From Candidatus Heimdallarchaeota archaeon (GTDB taxonomy: Archaea > Asgardarchaeota > Heimdallarchaeia > Hodarchaeales > Hodarchaeaceae): a DNA stretch of 23,778 nucleotides. The notes under the pieces were generated by a model. The model saw nothing but the letters and a program-made list of their open reading frames with translations, was not told the origin of the DNA and did not search any database. The translations under genes were made by a program, and so were the position numbers. Location of the stretch: contig JBHLSH010000060.1 in assembly GCA_048881705.1 (NCBI GenBank), forward strand, positions 1 to 23,778, read 5' to 3'. Of this stretch, positions 1-8,939 are shown piece by piece; positions within the stretch are counted from its first letter, which is position 1; each line of letters begins with the position of its first letter.

Positions 1-3000
1 TATATTACAGATGGAACTTCGGCCAAGTTTTACCTAATTGCAGAAGTTAAGGATAGTATTGATTGGCTAAGTACAAATCGAATTGATGTTTCAGCAACGG
101 CGACAGGATGGACAGTACGAGACCTAGACAGTTATATTGCTTCGATTCCATTGAATACCTCAGGGGTAATTTTACAGCACGAATCAACTGGAACTGGGGG
201 CAGCGATTATAGAAATATAGCACGAGCGTATGGTCAAACATGGACTCTGCCCGATTATGATGTAGGCGGGGATACTTGGATGATGGCAGGGAGTGGAATT
301 GATGCACAAAACCGAATCCAAATTTACGCAGAATTTTTAGAACAAGATGTTTATGTTCATGCGTTAACCCGTTTTAGTGATAAAACTTCCCCAGTAATTG
401 AAAATATTGGCGTAGATGATCCAGGAACTGGAACTGCGACGTTTTGGGCCAACTTAACTGACCAATCTGGTGTTAATACCGTTACGATTACGATAAATGG
501 TACCGATTATCAAATGAGCTATAACGGTTCCTTTTGGATAAAAGACTTGACGGTGAAATGGCAAAAACTATATTCTTATCAGATAACCAATGCCTCCGAT
601 ATCTTTGGGAATTTCCCAACAGCGCCATCAGGATCGCAGGATTATTTGTTTGACTATGATTCTACCGTACCAATTGTTATAGATTGGGAATATTATCAGG
701 GAGCTGATGGGACTTGGGATGATCAAAACAATACTTTCCTAGCGAATGTAAGTGATTCCTGGGGTCAGATTGACACTGTGATGGTTGAAGTAATCACGTA
801 TTCTCTCACTGCCGTCATGGTTCAGTATTTCAACTTTTCTGGTATATTGGCATTTCGCAATAATTCTTTAAACTTGCCGAACGGAGGAATAGATTTCCGG
901 ATAATTGTAAACGACACTTCTGGCAATGGAGCTATTTCTTCCACTCATTCAGGGTCTGTATTTTACAACCATCCTCCTATCGCTTATGATCTCACTTTGA
1001 GTACGGCCCCCTATTATAGTAATTCCACCCTAACTCTTACGTATACTTACTTGGACGAAGATTCGCACCCACAGAGCGGAACTGAGATTCGTTGGTATAA
1101 AAATGGACTCTTGCAGGGTGACCACAACAATTCCCTGGTAATAGGTACCGTTTACCTATTTGATGGCGATGAGTGGAATGCGACCGTAAAGCCTAAAGAC
1201 GGGACTTTGTTTGGTCAATTAAATTATTCTTCCACTATCACAATCTCAAATACCCCTCCTGCCCTTTCCAACCTGAATATAGTACCTGGTAACCCTGTAA
1301 CGACTTCCACCCTTCTTGTGGATTATGATTATTTTGATTACGATGGAAACAATGAAAACTTCACTCTTCGTCAAATCGAATGGTATAAAGTTGGAACAGG
1401 ACACCTATTTGCATTCGATGACCAAGCGTCAATATCCTCTATCAATACCGTTAAGGGCGAAGAGTATTACGTCCGGGTCCGAGTCAACGATGGAAACGCA
1501 TATTCTGTTTGGATGATAAGCTCCACGATCGTAATTGGAAATAGCCACCCAAGTGCGGTCAACTTGTCATTACCCTTAAGTCCGACCAATGTAACAGATT
1601 TGACCGCCACATGGGATATGCAGGACGATGATACTAGTGATATTGAAAACAAAAGCGCCGCAATAATCTACTGGTATAAAAACGGAGTTCTACAATCCTC
1701 ATGGACCAACTCAACAACCATTGGATCAGGAAATACCTCGAAGGGACAAATATGGTGGTTTGAGGTAAGAATTTTTGATGGAGAAGAGTACTCGGCCATT
1801 ACGGAACTAATCCCCCATATAGAAATCCTTAATTCAATCCCTACCGTAGGTAATGTCATTATCACGACGTCCAGTCCGGTCACAACCGATGATTTAACCA
1901 TTGGAACTTGGAGTTATAGCGACGATGACAATGATACGGAAGAAACGCCTATTATCCACTGGTACCTTGATGGTAACCTTCAATCAACGTACGATGGCTA
2001 TACCTCTTTACCATCTATAGCTACAGCCAAAGGGGACAACTGGCACTTTGGAATCCGAACTTATGATGGATCTGCATACTCCCTTCAGGTCAATTCATCT
2101 CCAGTCTTAATTCTCAATACGGCACCCGAGGTGGGATCACCGACAATTACCCTTGCTCCTACCACAACTGAGGATCTGATTGCAAGCTGGACGTACAATG
2201 ATAATGATACTGACGGGTTAACCTTCAACGTGGCGTGGTATCTTGACGGTGTATTCAACTCGAGTTGGAGTGTTCCAACAAATAACGCGATATTAAGTGC
2301 TGGCAATACTTCTAAAAACCAGATGTGGTATTTTACCGTGCAGGCTTACGATGGAGAAGAATTTTCGATCCTCCTCTCCTTAGGATTTAACGTAACTATC
2401 CTAAATTCTCTACCAACAGTTTCTAATCCCACATTTAATAACACCAGTCCCACGACTAATGATAATTTCAACATAACGTATTCATACCTAGATTACGACG
2501 GGGATGCGGAAATCACTACTGAAATAATCGTATATTGGTACGTTAATTGGGTTTATCAATCCCAATATGAAAATTATACAGCCATATCTAATCAAAACAC
2601 TCAAACTGACGAGGTATGGTATTATGTGCTTCGTGTGTTTGATGGTTTTAGCTACAGTAATAACTACACGTCATTAACTGGAATTATCATAGGAGGCGGG
2701 ATAAATTCGAAGCCAATAGCTGAAAATTTAACTCTAACGCCTTCAATGCCCGATACGAGTGATGATCTGACGGCTTCATATGACTATTTTGATCCAGAGA
2801 GCAATGAACAGATTGCGTTCGAAATCACATGGTACCTGGATAACGTCGCTCAAACTCAATATAAAACACTAACAGTTCCTGCTAGTGCCACCACCAAAGG
2901 AGACCAATGGAATTTCACAATTAGAGTGTTTGACGGGTTACATTGGAGTGATCTGAATAGTTCAGCGGTTTATGTCATTGTTAATACGGCACCCCAGGTT

Positions 3001-6000
3001 AGCGGATTAAGTGCCGCCGCAAGTCCAGCCACTACTGATGATCTGGTCGTCAGCTGGAGTTCGTCTGATGAAGATTCAGATAGTTTGATATTTAATGTAA
3101 CCTGGATATTAAACGGAGTAATCAACTCAAGCTGGTGGACTTCTGACCATTTTGCAACCCTGATAGCAGGAAATACCACGAAAGGGGATAACTGGAATGT
3201 AACCATTGAAGCATATGATGGTGATAACGGGTATTCCCCCATCATAACGCTTGCAAGTAATATCACGATCCTCAACACTATTCCGGAGGCAGAAAACTTA
3301 ACTCTGACTTTAAATCCTAGGACTGCTGATGATTTAACCGCAGACTGGGATTATTCTGACATTGATGGTGATACACAAAATACTAGCGCCACAATCATTT
3401 ATTGGTATAAGAATGGTGATTTACAATCCTTATTGACCAATTTAACCACAGTCGGATATGGCAATACTTCTAAAGGGCAAGTTTGGTGGTTTAAAGTCAA
3501 GGTTTATGATGATGAAGATTATTCTGTGTTATACGAGCTCCGCCCTCATATCGAAATCCAGAATACGGCACCAGTAAACGTTTCTGCTCTCCCTGTTCCT
3601 ACAAACCCGACTAAAGAAAATGGAATCACTTTGTCTCTTTCGTCAATACTTTCCGCCTTTTATGATCCAGATGGAGGGGACAATATTGAAGTAGTTAAGA
3701 TTCGTTGGTACAAAGAAGGGATTCTTCAGGTCAATTTAAATGATTCATTAATCGTGACAGGAGCCAAATTAACCAAAGGAGAAAGCTGGTCGTATACGGT
3801 TATAGTATCTGATGGCTTCGAATCCGGGATGGTTGTAGCTTCAGCTGAATTCCAAATTGTAAACTCAATTCCCGTAATCTTGACTGCCTACATTACGGAA
3901 ACCAGTGTAAGAACCATTCACAATCTAACGGCTGGTTATATCTATAATGATGCTGATGGGGAACCTGTCAGTGTTTCGGAGATCAGATGGTATCGTTCAA
4001 CTGACTTTATCAATTATTTACTGATGTCTGCCTATGATGGCAATTTAAGACTCCCTTTCACAGCTACAGCAAAAAATGAAAGATGGAAATTCAACGTCAC
4101 GATAACAGACGGGTTTAATGAGTCAGTATGGAAGCTGTCCGACTATATTGAAATTGAAAACAGTGAACCGTGGATCGATCCCTTTAGCATAACGTTAATT
4201 GGGGGTCTGAACACATCAGATCTCATAACAGTAACGTATTCATGGTTTGATGATGACGGAGACACGCAGAGTGGTACCACATTTAGTTGGGAAAACAGTA
4301 CACACATCTTATTACTTGACGATACTCTAGAATCAATATATACAAAAGCAGGAGAAAGTTGGTCAGTTAGTATTACTCCCGGAGACGGTACGAGTTTTGG
4401 ACAAGTTGTTAATAGCAAATTTTACGGAGTAAATATTATTATTGGCAACACTCCGCCAGAGATTCCTGATAATGAAATTAAGATCCAAGGTTACGACCCA
4501 AGCAATGGATCATATAGTGATGGAATTGCCTTTGGTACGAATCTGGATCTTATTGTCCTCTATAACGTAACGGATATTGATGGAATACAGGGAGTGGTCC
4601 TTTATGATGTTTTCATAGTTGGTGGTTATGCCCTAGGTTCTGAATATCGTTGGTTTAGAAATCGATCCGGCATCATAACCTCAGTAGCAGCGCTCACTGG
4701 AAAGACAACAGTCCCAGCTACATATACGGAAAGGGGTGATCTCTGGTGGGTAGAAGTTAAACCACAGGATTTACAAGGGGATTTTGGAATTGCTGCAAAT
4801 TCCACAAAAATAAGCATCTCTAATACGGCCCCTTATTTAACAACTGTATCATGGGAGCAATCCTCATTCTATACCAGTGATGACTTATTGTTTACCTATA
4901 GTTTTGCAGATCACGATCAATCCGACATTGAACAGGGTAGCATAATAGAATGGTACCGAAATGGAATAAATCAAACTGGGTTCTTCAACTTCGCGGGTAT
5001 TCCCTCTCAAAATACAACGAAAACGGAAGAATGGTTTGCACGTATAAAGGTATACGATGGCAATCTGTATAGCGCCTGGTATTACTTACCAAATATCACG
5101 ATTGCCAATACAGCGCCGGTTGCTTACAATATCCTTCTGGCTCCCTTGTCAGCAACCGCAGACCAAGATCTCGTTGTATCATGGAATTATACTGATGCGG
5201 ATAACGACAGTCAACAGGCCCCGAGCATCCGCTGGTATAAAAACGATGTGTTGCAGCCCAATCTTAACAATTTGGACACCATAAATTCAGGAAATTTGAG
5301 TAAAAACGATATTTGGTATGTTATTCTAGAAGTCTATGACGGGAATGCCTATTCTGCGCAGCAGATTTCTTCCAGCATCCCCATACTTAATTCACCTCCA
5401 ATATTGACAAATGTGGTTCTCTGGAATAATAACGATCTTTCAAACACAACTTTCTCCGATGGGAGTATTTCCATATATTATTTCAACTATACTGACGTTG
5501 ATAATGATTTGATCGATCCTACAGGCCTTTATATTCTATGGTACCGTGATGGCATTTACGAATCTTTGTATGACAATCAAACTACTCTTTCAAGTGTTAT
5601 TCTTCAAAAAGGCTATACTTGGGCTGTCATTATACAGATCGTTGATATTGATGGAACTATATGGTCAAACAACCTTACATCTCAGAGTATTTCTGTCATC
5701 AATAAGGCACCTGATATATTGGAGTTTTCGTATGTAGGTAATGAATATTCTGGATTCGTTGTTGAAGATGAAGGCATCAATATTTCCCTAGCAACCATTG
5801 ATGTTGATATAGGTGATGATGACTTTTCCTTTATACGTTGGTATATCAATGGAGTTTACCAGCCACAATATGATAATATCATGCAGATTGAGCCTAATCA
5901 TACGTCTCCTGGTGAAATTTGGACTGCTATTGTCACTCCATCCGATGGTATAGACAACGGCGCATCAAGGAGCTTGGTCATCCTCATAGAAAGCCGCCCT

Positions 6001-7392
6001 AAAATCGAAGATTTTGATGTTGAAATTGAGCAAGATATCGATGGTCATTTCACCTTCAGTTTGAGGGTGAACGATACAAGAAATGAAGTTTTAACGGTGG
6101 TGTATCAAATCACTCTCAACGGGACTGAGCTCGATGTGACCCGTATTCTTAATGCCGCAAATGCAACGGGTCACTGGGTCTTTGATTATCATCTCTCAGA
6201 TATAATGTATTATAATACAGAGGCAATGATTAAAGTAACCGCTGAATCTAGCGTCGGAATCAGATCAGTCGAAAGCTTTAATTACACATTAATTGATGGA
6301 GTAGCTCCTCGTGTGTCGAACCAAGGCCTTGGAGTGAGATTTGTTAAGAATGGTAATAATCCTACTTATTTGTCTTTCTACGCAGATATTGAAGAATACG
6401 GATCGGGAGTAGCCAACATTACTCTACACTATTACTATAATGCCACCAACCAGGTAAGTAATGGTGGGCAAGGCTCTAGCCTGTTACAAAAATATACAGC
6501 TGTTATGATGGGCTATAATGGAACCGAGAATAACGTTTTGATTTACGCAGCCACGGTTCCATTTCCTCAGGACGGATTAAACTATGAGGTTCTTTATTGG
6601 GTATCCACACAGGATTTGAATGGGAATATAAATCCAATTGCGTTTGATATCAATGAATTTCCCGATCGAATAAAAAACGAGGAAATTGTTCGATCGCTTG
6701 GCGGACTCCCAGAATGGGTATTACTTGTAGCAGCGTTGGCCGTATTTCTTATTTTCATGGGATCAGTGACTTACATTAGATTCTTTAGAAAACCTGAACT
6801 GATAGGGCTAGACAAGGAACTTGTATTAAAAAAGGTCAGTAAACAATCAGATACTGTCATCTCTGAGAACCTGGACATTCATTCGCTGGGTATTGTAGTA
6901 TCCTTTTTTTCACAACACCATGGACCAGTACCAATTATTGTTCTACCTGAAATATTGAAGGATAATTTTGGTAAACTAATCGAAATTTCGGATCGTGCAT
7001 TTGGAAACTGTGGATTTACAAACAATTTCGAAAAAGAAACAATGGCTAGTTTCGACTTTGATTTAGCTCAAGGCAAGCAAATACGTTCACTGTCATTCGG
7101 CTATTCGTTGAACCGTCCAGAGGCCCGAGGAGGACAAGAGAATATTACGTTAAGTATATTGCTTAATGAAGATATTTATGCCATCCTCAACCATTTCCAA
7201 GATGAAATTCTTGTTAGAGTTCATGTGGTTCATAAAATGATGGATGAGAGACCAGAAGCAAAAGAAGAAATTCGTAAATCGCTGATTGGCATTCGTCGGT
7301 ATATTTCTTCTCTTGTATTAGCATACCAGGAAATCTATGGTGATCAACCTGCTGTGATGGAAACGCCGGATATTTTGGGATTTGGCGATTAA
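1..7392 (+). CDS. Giant single-pass surface protein (>2463 aa, 5'-truncated): Ig/cadherin-like repeat ectodomain, TM helix, cytoplasmic longin/uDENN-like domain
   Basis: Frame 1 is open from base 1 (YITDGTSAKFYLIAEVKD...), so the track start at 151 (TTG) is not the real start. It has tandem beta-rich repeats with many N-x-S/T sequons and a hydrophobic helix EWVLLVAALAVFLIFMGSVTYI followed by RFFRK. About 200 aa of C-terminal cytoplasmic domain follow. Confidence 0.93.
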   Translation, partial: YITDGTSAKFYLIAEVKDSIDWLSTNRIDVSATATGWTVRDLDSYIASIPLNTSGVILQHESTGTGGSDYRNIARAYGQTWTLPDYDVGGDTWMMAGSGIDAQNRIQIYAEFLEQDVYVHALTRFSDKTSPVIENIGVDDPGTGTATFWANLTDQSGVNTVTITINGTDYQMSYNGSFWIKDLTVKWQKLYSYQITNASDIFGNFPTAPSGSQDYLFDYDSTVPIVIDWEYYQGADGTWDDQNNTFLANVSDSWGQIDTVMVEVITYSLTAVMVQYFNFSGILAFRNNSLNLPNGGIDFRIIVNDTSGNGAISSTHSGSVFYNHPPIAYDLTLSTAPYYSNSTLTLTYTYLDEDSHPQSGTEIRWYKNGLLQGDHNNSLVIGTVYLFDGDEWNATVKPKDGTLFGQLNYSSTITISNTPPALSNLNIVPGNPVTTSTLLVDYDYFDYDGNNENFTLRQIEWYKVGTGHLFAFDDQASISSINTVKGEEYYVRVRVNDGNAYSVWMISSTIVIGNSHPSAVNLSLPLSPTNVTDLTATWDMQDDDTSDIENKSAAIIYWYKNGVLQSSWTNSTTIGSGNTSKGQIWWFEVRIFDGEEYSAITELIPHIEILNSIPTVGNVIITTSSPVTTDDLTIGTWSYSDDDNDTEETPIIHWYLDGNLQSTYDGYTSLPSIATAKGDNWHFGIRTYDGSAYSLQVNSSPVLILNTAPEVGSPTITLAPTTTEDLIASWTYNDNDTDGLTFNVAWYLDGVFNSSWSVPTNNAILSAGNTSKNQMWYFTVQAYDGEEFSILLSLGFNVTILNSLPTVSNPTFNNTSPTTNDNFNITYSYLDYDGDAEITTEIIVYWYVNWVYQSQYENYTAISNQNTQTDEVWYYVLRVFDGFSYSNNYTSLTGIIIGGGINSKPIAENLTLTPSMPDTSDDLTASYDYFDPESNEQIAFEITWYLDNVAQTQYKTLTVPASATTKGDQWNFTIRVFDGLHWSDLNSSAVYVIVNTAPQVSGLSAAASPATTDDLVVSWSSSDEDSDSLIFNVTWILNGVINSSWWTSDHFATLIAGNTTKGDNWNVTIEAYDGDNGYSPIITLASNITILNTIPEAENLTLTLNPRTADDLTADWDYSDIDGDTQNTSATIIYWYKNGDLQSLLTNLTTVGYGNTSKGQVWWFKVKVYDDEDYSVLYELRPHIEIQNTAPVNVSALPVPTNPTKENGITLSLSSILSAFYDPDGGDNIEVVKIRWYKEGILQVNLNDSLIVTGAKLTKGESWSYTVIVSDGFESGMVVASAEFQIVNSIPVILTAYITETSVRTIHNLTAGYIYNDADGEPVSVSEIRWYRSTDFINYLLMSAYDGNLRLPFTATAKNERWKFNVTITDGFNESVWKLSDYIEIENSEPWIDPFSITLIGGLNTSDLITVTYSWFDDDGDTQSGTTFSWENSTHILLLDDTLESIYTKAGESWSVSITPGDGTSFGQVVNSKFYGVNIIIGNTPPEIPDNEIKIQGYDPSNGSYSDGIAFGTNLDLIVLYNVTDIDGIQGVVLYDVFIVGGYALGSEYRWFRNRSGIITSVAALTGKTTVPATYTERGDLWWVEVKPQDLQGDFGIAANSTKISISNTAPYLTTVSWEQSSFYTSDDLLFTYSFADHDQSDIEQGSIIEWYRNGINQTGFFNFAGIPSQNTTKTEEWFARIKVYDGNLYSAWYYLPNITIANTAPVAYNILLAPLSATADQDLVVSWNYTDADNDSQQAPSIRWYKNDVLQPNLNNLDTINSGNLSKNDIWYVILEVYDGNAYSAQQISSSIPILNSPPILTNVVLWNNNDLSNTTFSDGSISIYYFNYTDVDNDLIDPTGLYILWYRDGIYESLYDNQTTLSSVILQKGYTWAVIIQIVDIDGTIWSNNLTSQSISVINKAPDILEFSYVGNEYSGFVVEDEGINISLATIDVDIGDDDFSFIRWYINGVYQPQYDNIMQIEPNHTSPGEIWTAIVTPSDGIDNGASRSLVILIESRPKIEDFDVEIEQDIDGHFTFSLRVNDTRNEVLTVVYQITLNGTELDVTRILNAANATGHWVFDYHLSDIMYYNTEAMIKVTAESSVGIRSVESFNYTLIDGVAPRVSNQGLGVRFVKNGNNPTYLSFYADIEEYGSGVANITLHYYYNATNQVSNGGQGSSLLQKYTAVMMGYNGTENNVLIYAATVPFPQDGLNYEVLYWVSTQDLNGNINPIAFDINEFPDRIKNEEIVRSLGGLPEWVLLVAALAVFLIFMGSVTYIRFFRKPELIGLDKELVLKKVSKQSDTVISENLDIHSLGIVVSFFSQHHGPVPIIVLPEILKDNFGKLIEISDRAFGNCGFTNNFEKETMASFDFDLAQGKQIRSLSFGYSLNRPEARGGQENITLSILLNEDIYAILNHFQDEILVRVHVVHKMMDERPEAKEEIRKSLIGIRRYISSLVLAYQEIYGDQPAVMETPDILGFGD
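967..5988 (+). repeat. 17 tandem ~93-125 aa cadherin/Ig-like protein repeats (mean ~98 aa)
   Basis: Counted by eye. Each unit starts N-(T/S)-x-P and has D-x-D-(G/N/S)-D, W-Y-x-(N/D)-G, T-x-K-G-x-x-W and a (Y/F)-D-G turn. Units 3-10 start at 1540, 1831, 2116, 2404, 2704, 2983, 3274 and 3562. The repeats are diverged at the DNA level. Confidence 0.9.
6712..6780 (+). other. Transmembrane helix of the giant protein (type I topology)
   Basis: EWVLLVAALAVFLIFMGSVTYIR is followed by basic FFRK (positive-inside rule). Confidence 0.9.
6880..7389 (+). other. Cytoplasmic longin/uDENN-like domain (SMCR8/FLCN type)
   Basis: Contains the N-terminal strand motif GIVVSFFSQHHGPVPIIVLP and the loop motif SLNRPEARGGQENITLSILL, then two long C-terminal helices. 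The order of elements fits a longin fold. Confidence 0.72.
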
Positions 7393-7519
7393 GTTCCTAT
7401 TATTGGAAATCCTACTCAGTTTACAGGAATTGCGGTATAGGAATCTGAAAATCGTATGTTTTTGGCCAACTGGGAATACTGAAACCTCCATTCGTAATAA
7501 AGACCTAGACATTGCCTTT

Positions 7520-7541
7520 GTTTGAAAAAGTCTTTCCAAAC
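7520..7541 (-). terminator. Hairpin just downstream of the tldE/pmbA stop (putative terminator or palindromic element)
   Basis: The minus-strand RNA GUUUGGAAAGACUUUUUCAAAC can fold with G-U pairs. It lies 5 nt after the stop, between convergent genes. Confidence 0.4.
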
Positions 7542-7546
7542 TCGAC

Positions 7547-8926
7547 CTAGTGGCTTGTTCCGCTTGAAAAACTCATTTTCGCCAATTGAATGGCTGGCGT
7601 GGAGAAGGCCATATTAAACCATGTTCCGACTTGGAGGACATCCTTAGAGATTTCCACATCTGAAAACATGTTAAGGATGGAATCAGTGAACCTCAGGTTT
7701 TTCGCACTTCCGATAATTTCTCCGTTTTTTACGACAAAGACACCGTCCTTAGTCATACCAGTTTGTGTCCCTCTGGGCATGTCGATGTAGTTTGTGTAAT
7801 GTAAGTTTGTTATCAAAAGACCATGATCCATCTCAGAAATTAGTTGTTCTCGTGATTTCCTGCCTGGAAGAATTTTGGATGCGAGGGGAAATGGACCGCG
7901 CATGAGGCCACCAAATAAAACCACACATGACCCGTTGGACTTGGTTCCCAATTTTCCTGCCGACAAACGGTCATAAGCGAAGTTCTCAATTATGCCTTTG
8001 TTGATGAGATTGTAACGTTGCGTCGGAATGCCTTCCGCATCAAATGGAGTGGATGATAAGGAGGTTGCATCGTGAGGATCGTTCACCAATGTCATTGAGG
8101 GATCAAACAGCTGTTCACCAACTTTATCACGCGCGAAAGACTGATTGTCATAAACTGCGTCCCCGGACAAAGCTGAACCCAATGCGATAACCTGATCCGC
8201 CATTGCCTGATGGTCCAAGATCACAGAATAGGATTTTGCATCTATATTTTCAGCGTTTAATCCTAACACTGATCTTTCCGCCACTTGGATAGATTCTTTT
8301 TCAAACGGAAGCCGTTTAAAACTCCGCTCTCCAAATGAGGTATTACTCCTGGATTCTCCGCGACCATCATCGCTCATTGTATTTATGGTCGAAAGAACCG
8401 TTGTAGAAGGGTATGTACTCTCATGCCCTTCTGATGAAAGAAAATATGTCCAGCCATCTCGGAAGTTCAAACTTCCAGAAACAGTTTGCACTTTTTTCGA
8501 AAATTCATGTCCTGCATTGATTCCAGCAATTATCTTATCTGTTACGTCAGATACTGTTATGTCAGCGGCATCTGGGTCACTTAACTTTAATTGCGGATAC
8601 TTATGTGGTTCACTCAGAACGCCTGGAAAATCCGGGTTGTCAGGCAATATGTTTATTCTTTTAACTGCTTGATCAACGGCCCAGCTGATATCTTTAAGCG
8701 TAAGGGAATTAACTATGGTATCCACCTGTTTACGACCCTTAATGACCTTCAACTGAAAAATCGATTCATAATCTACAAAATTTTGATGGATACTGGAGTT
8801 CGCAAATCGGGTAGCGATTACACGATTCATACCTGCATTAACAGATGTGCCATCGGCGCCTCCTGCTTGAGCTCGTTTTATTGCGAATTTAGCCATTTCA
8901 ACGATATGATCAACCGTTATTTCCAT
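7547..8926 (-). CDS. pmbA: TldE/PmbA family protein (non-catalytic partner of TldD), ~459 aa
   Basis: Has PmbA/TldD-family features (DDPH/PFDAEG-like motif, LIxKG, TGMT-DG...ENG-like C-terminal region) but lacks HExxxH. The start is moved from 9043 to ATG 8926 (MEITVDH), which has a GGTGA motif ~5 nt upstream and lies 13 nt after the tldD stop. Confidence 0.88.
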   Translation of the reverse strand: MEITVDHIVEMAKFAIKRAQAGGADGTSVNAGMNRVIATRFANSSIHQNFVDYESIFQLKVIKGRKQVDTIVNSLTLKDISWAVDQAVKRINILPDNPDFPGVLSEPHKYPQLKLSDPDAADITVSDVTDKIIAGINAGHEFSKKVQTVSGSLNFRDGWTYFLSSEGHESTYPSTTVLSTINTMSDDGRGESRSNTSFGERSFKRLPFEKESIQVAERSVLGLNAENIDAKSYSVILDHQAMADQVIALGSALSGDAVYDNQSFARDKVGEQLFDPSMTLVNDPHDATSLSSTPFDAEGIPTQRYNLINKGIIENFAYDRLSAGKLGTKSNGSCVVLFGGLMRGPFPLASKILPGRKSREQLISEMDHGLLITNLHYTNYIDMPRGTQTGMTKDGVFVVKNGEIIGSAKNLRFTDSILNMFSDVEISKDVLQVGTWFNMAFSTPAIQLAKMSFSSGTSH

Positions 8927-8939
8927 CCTAATCACCTTT

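Noticed and set aside
151-153. ORF-track start (TTG) of the giant protein
   Set aside because: The frame is open from base 1 with protein-like sequence and there is no signal peptide at 151. The true start lies outside the window.
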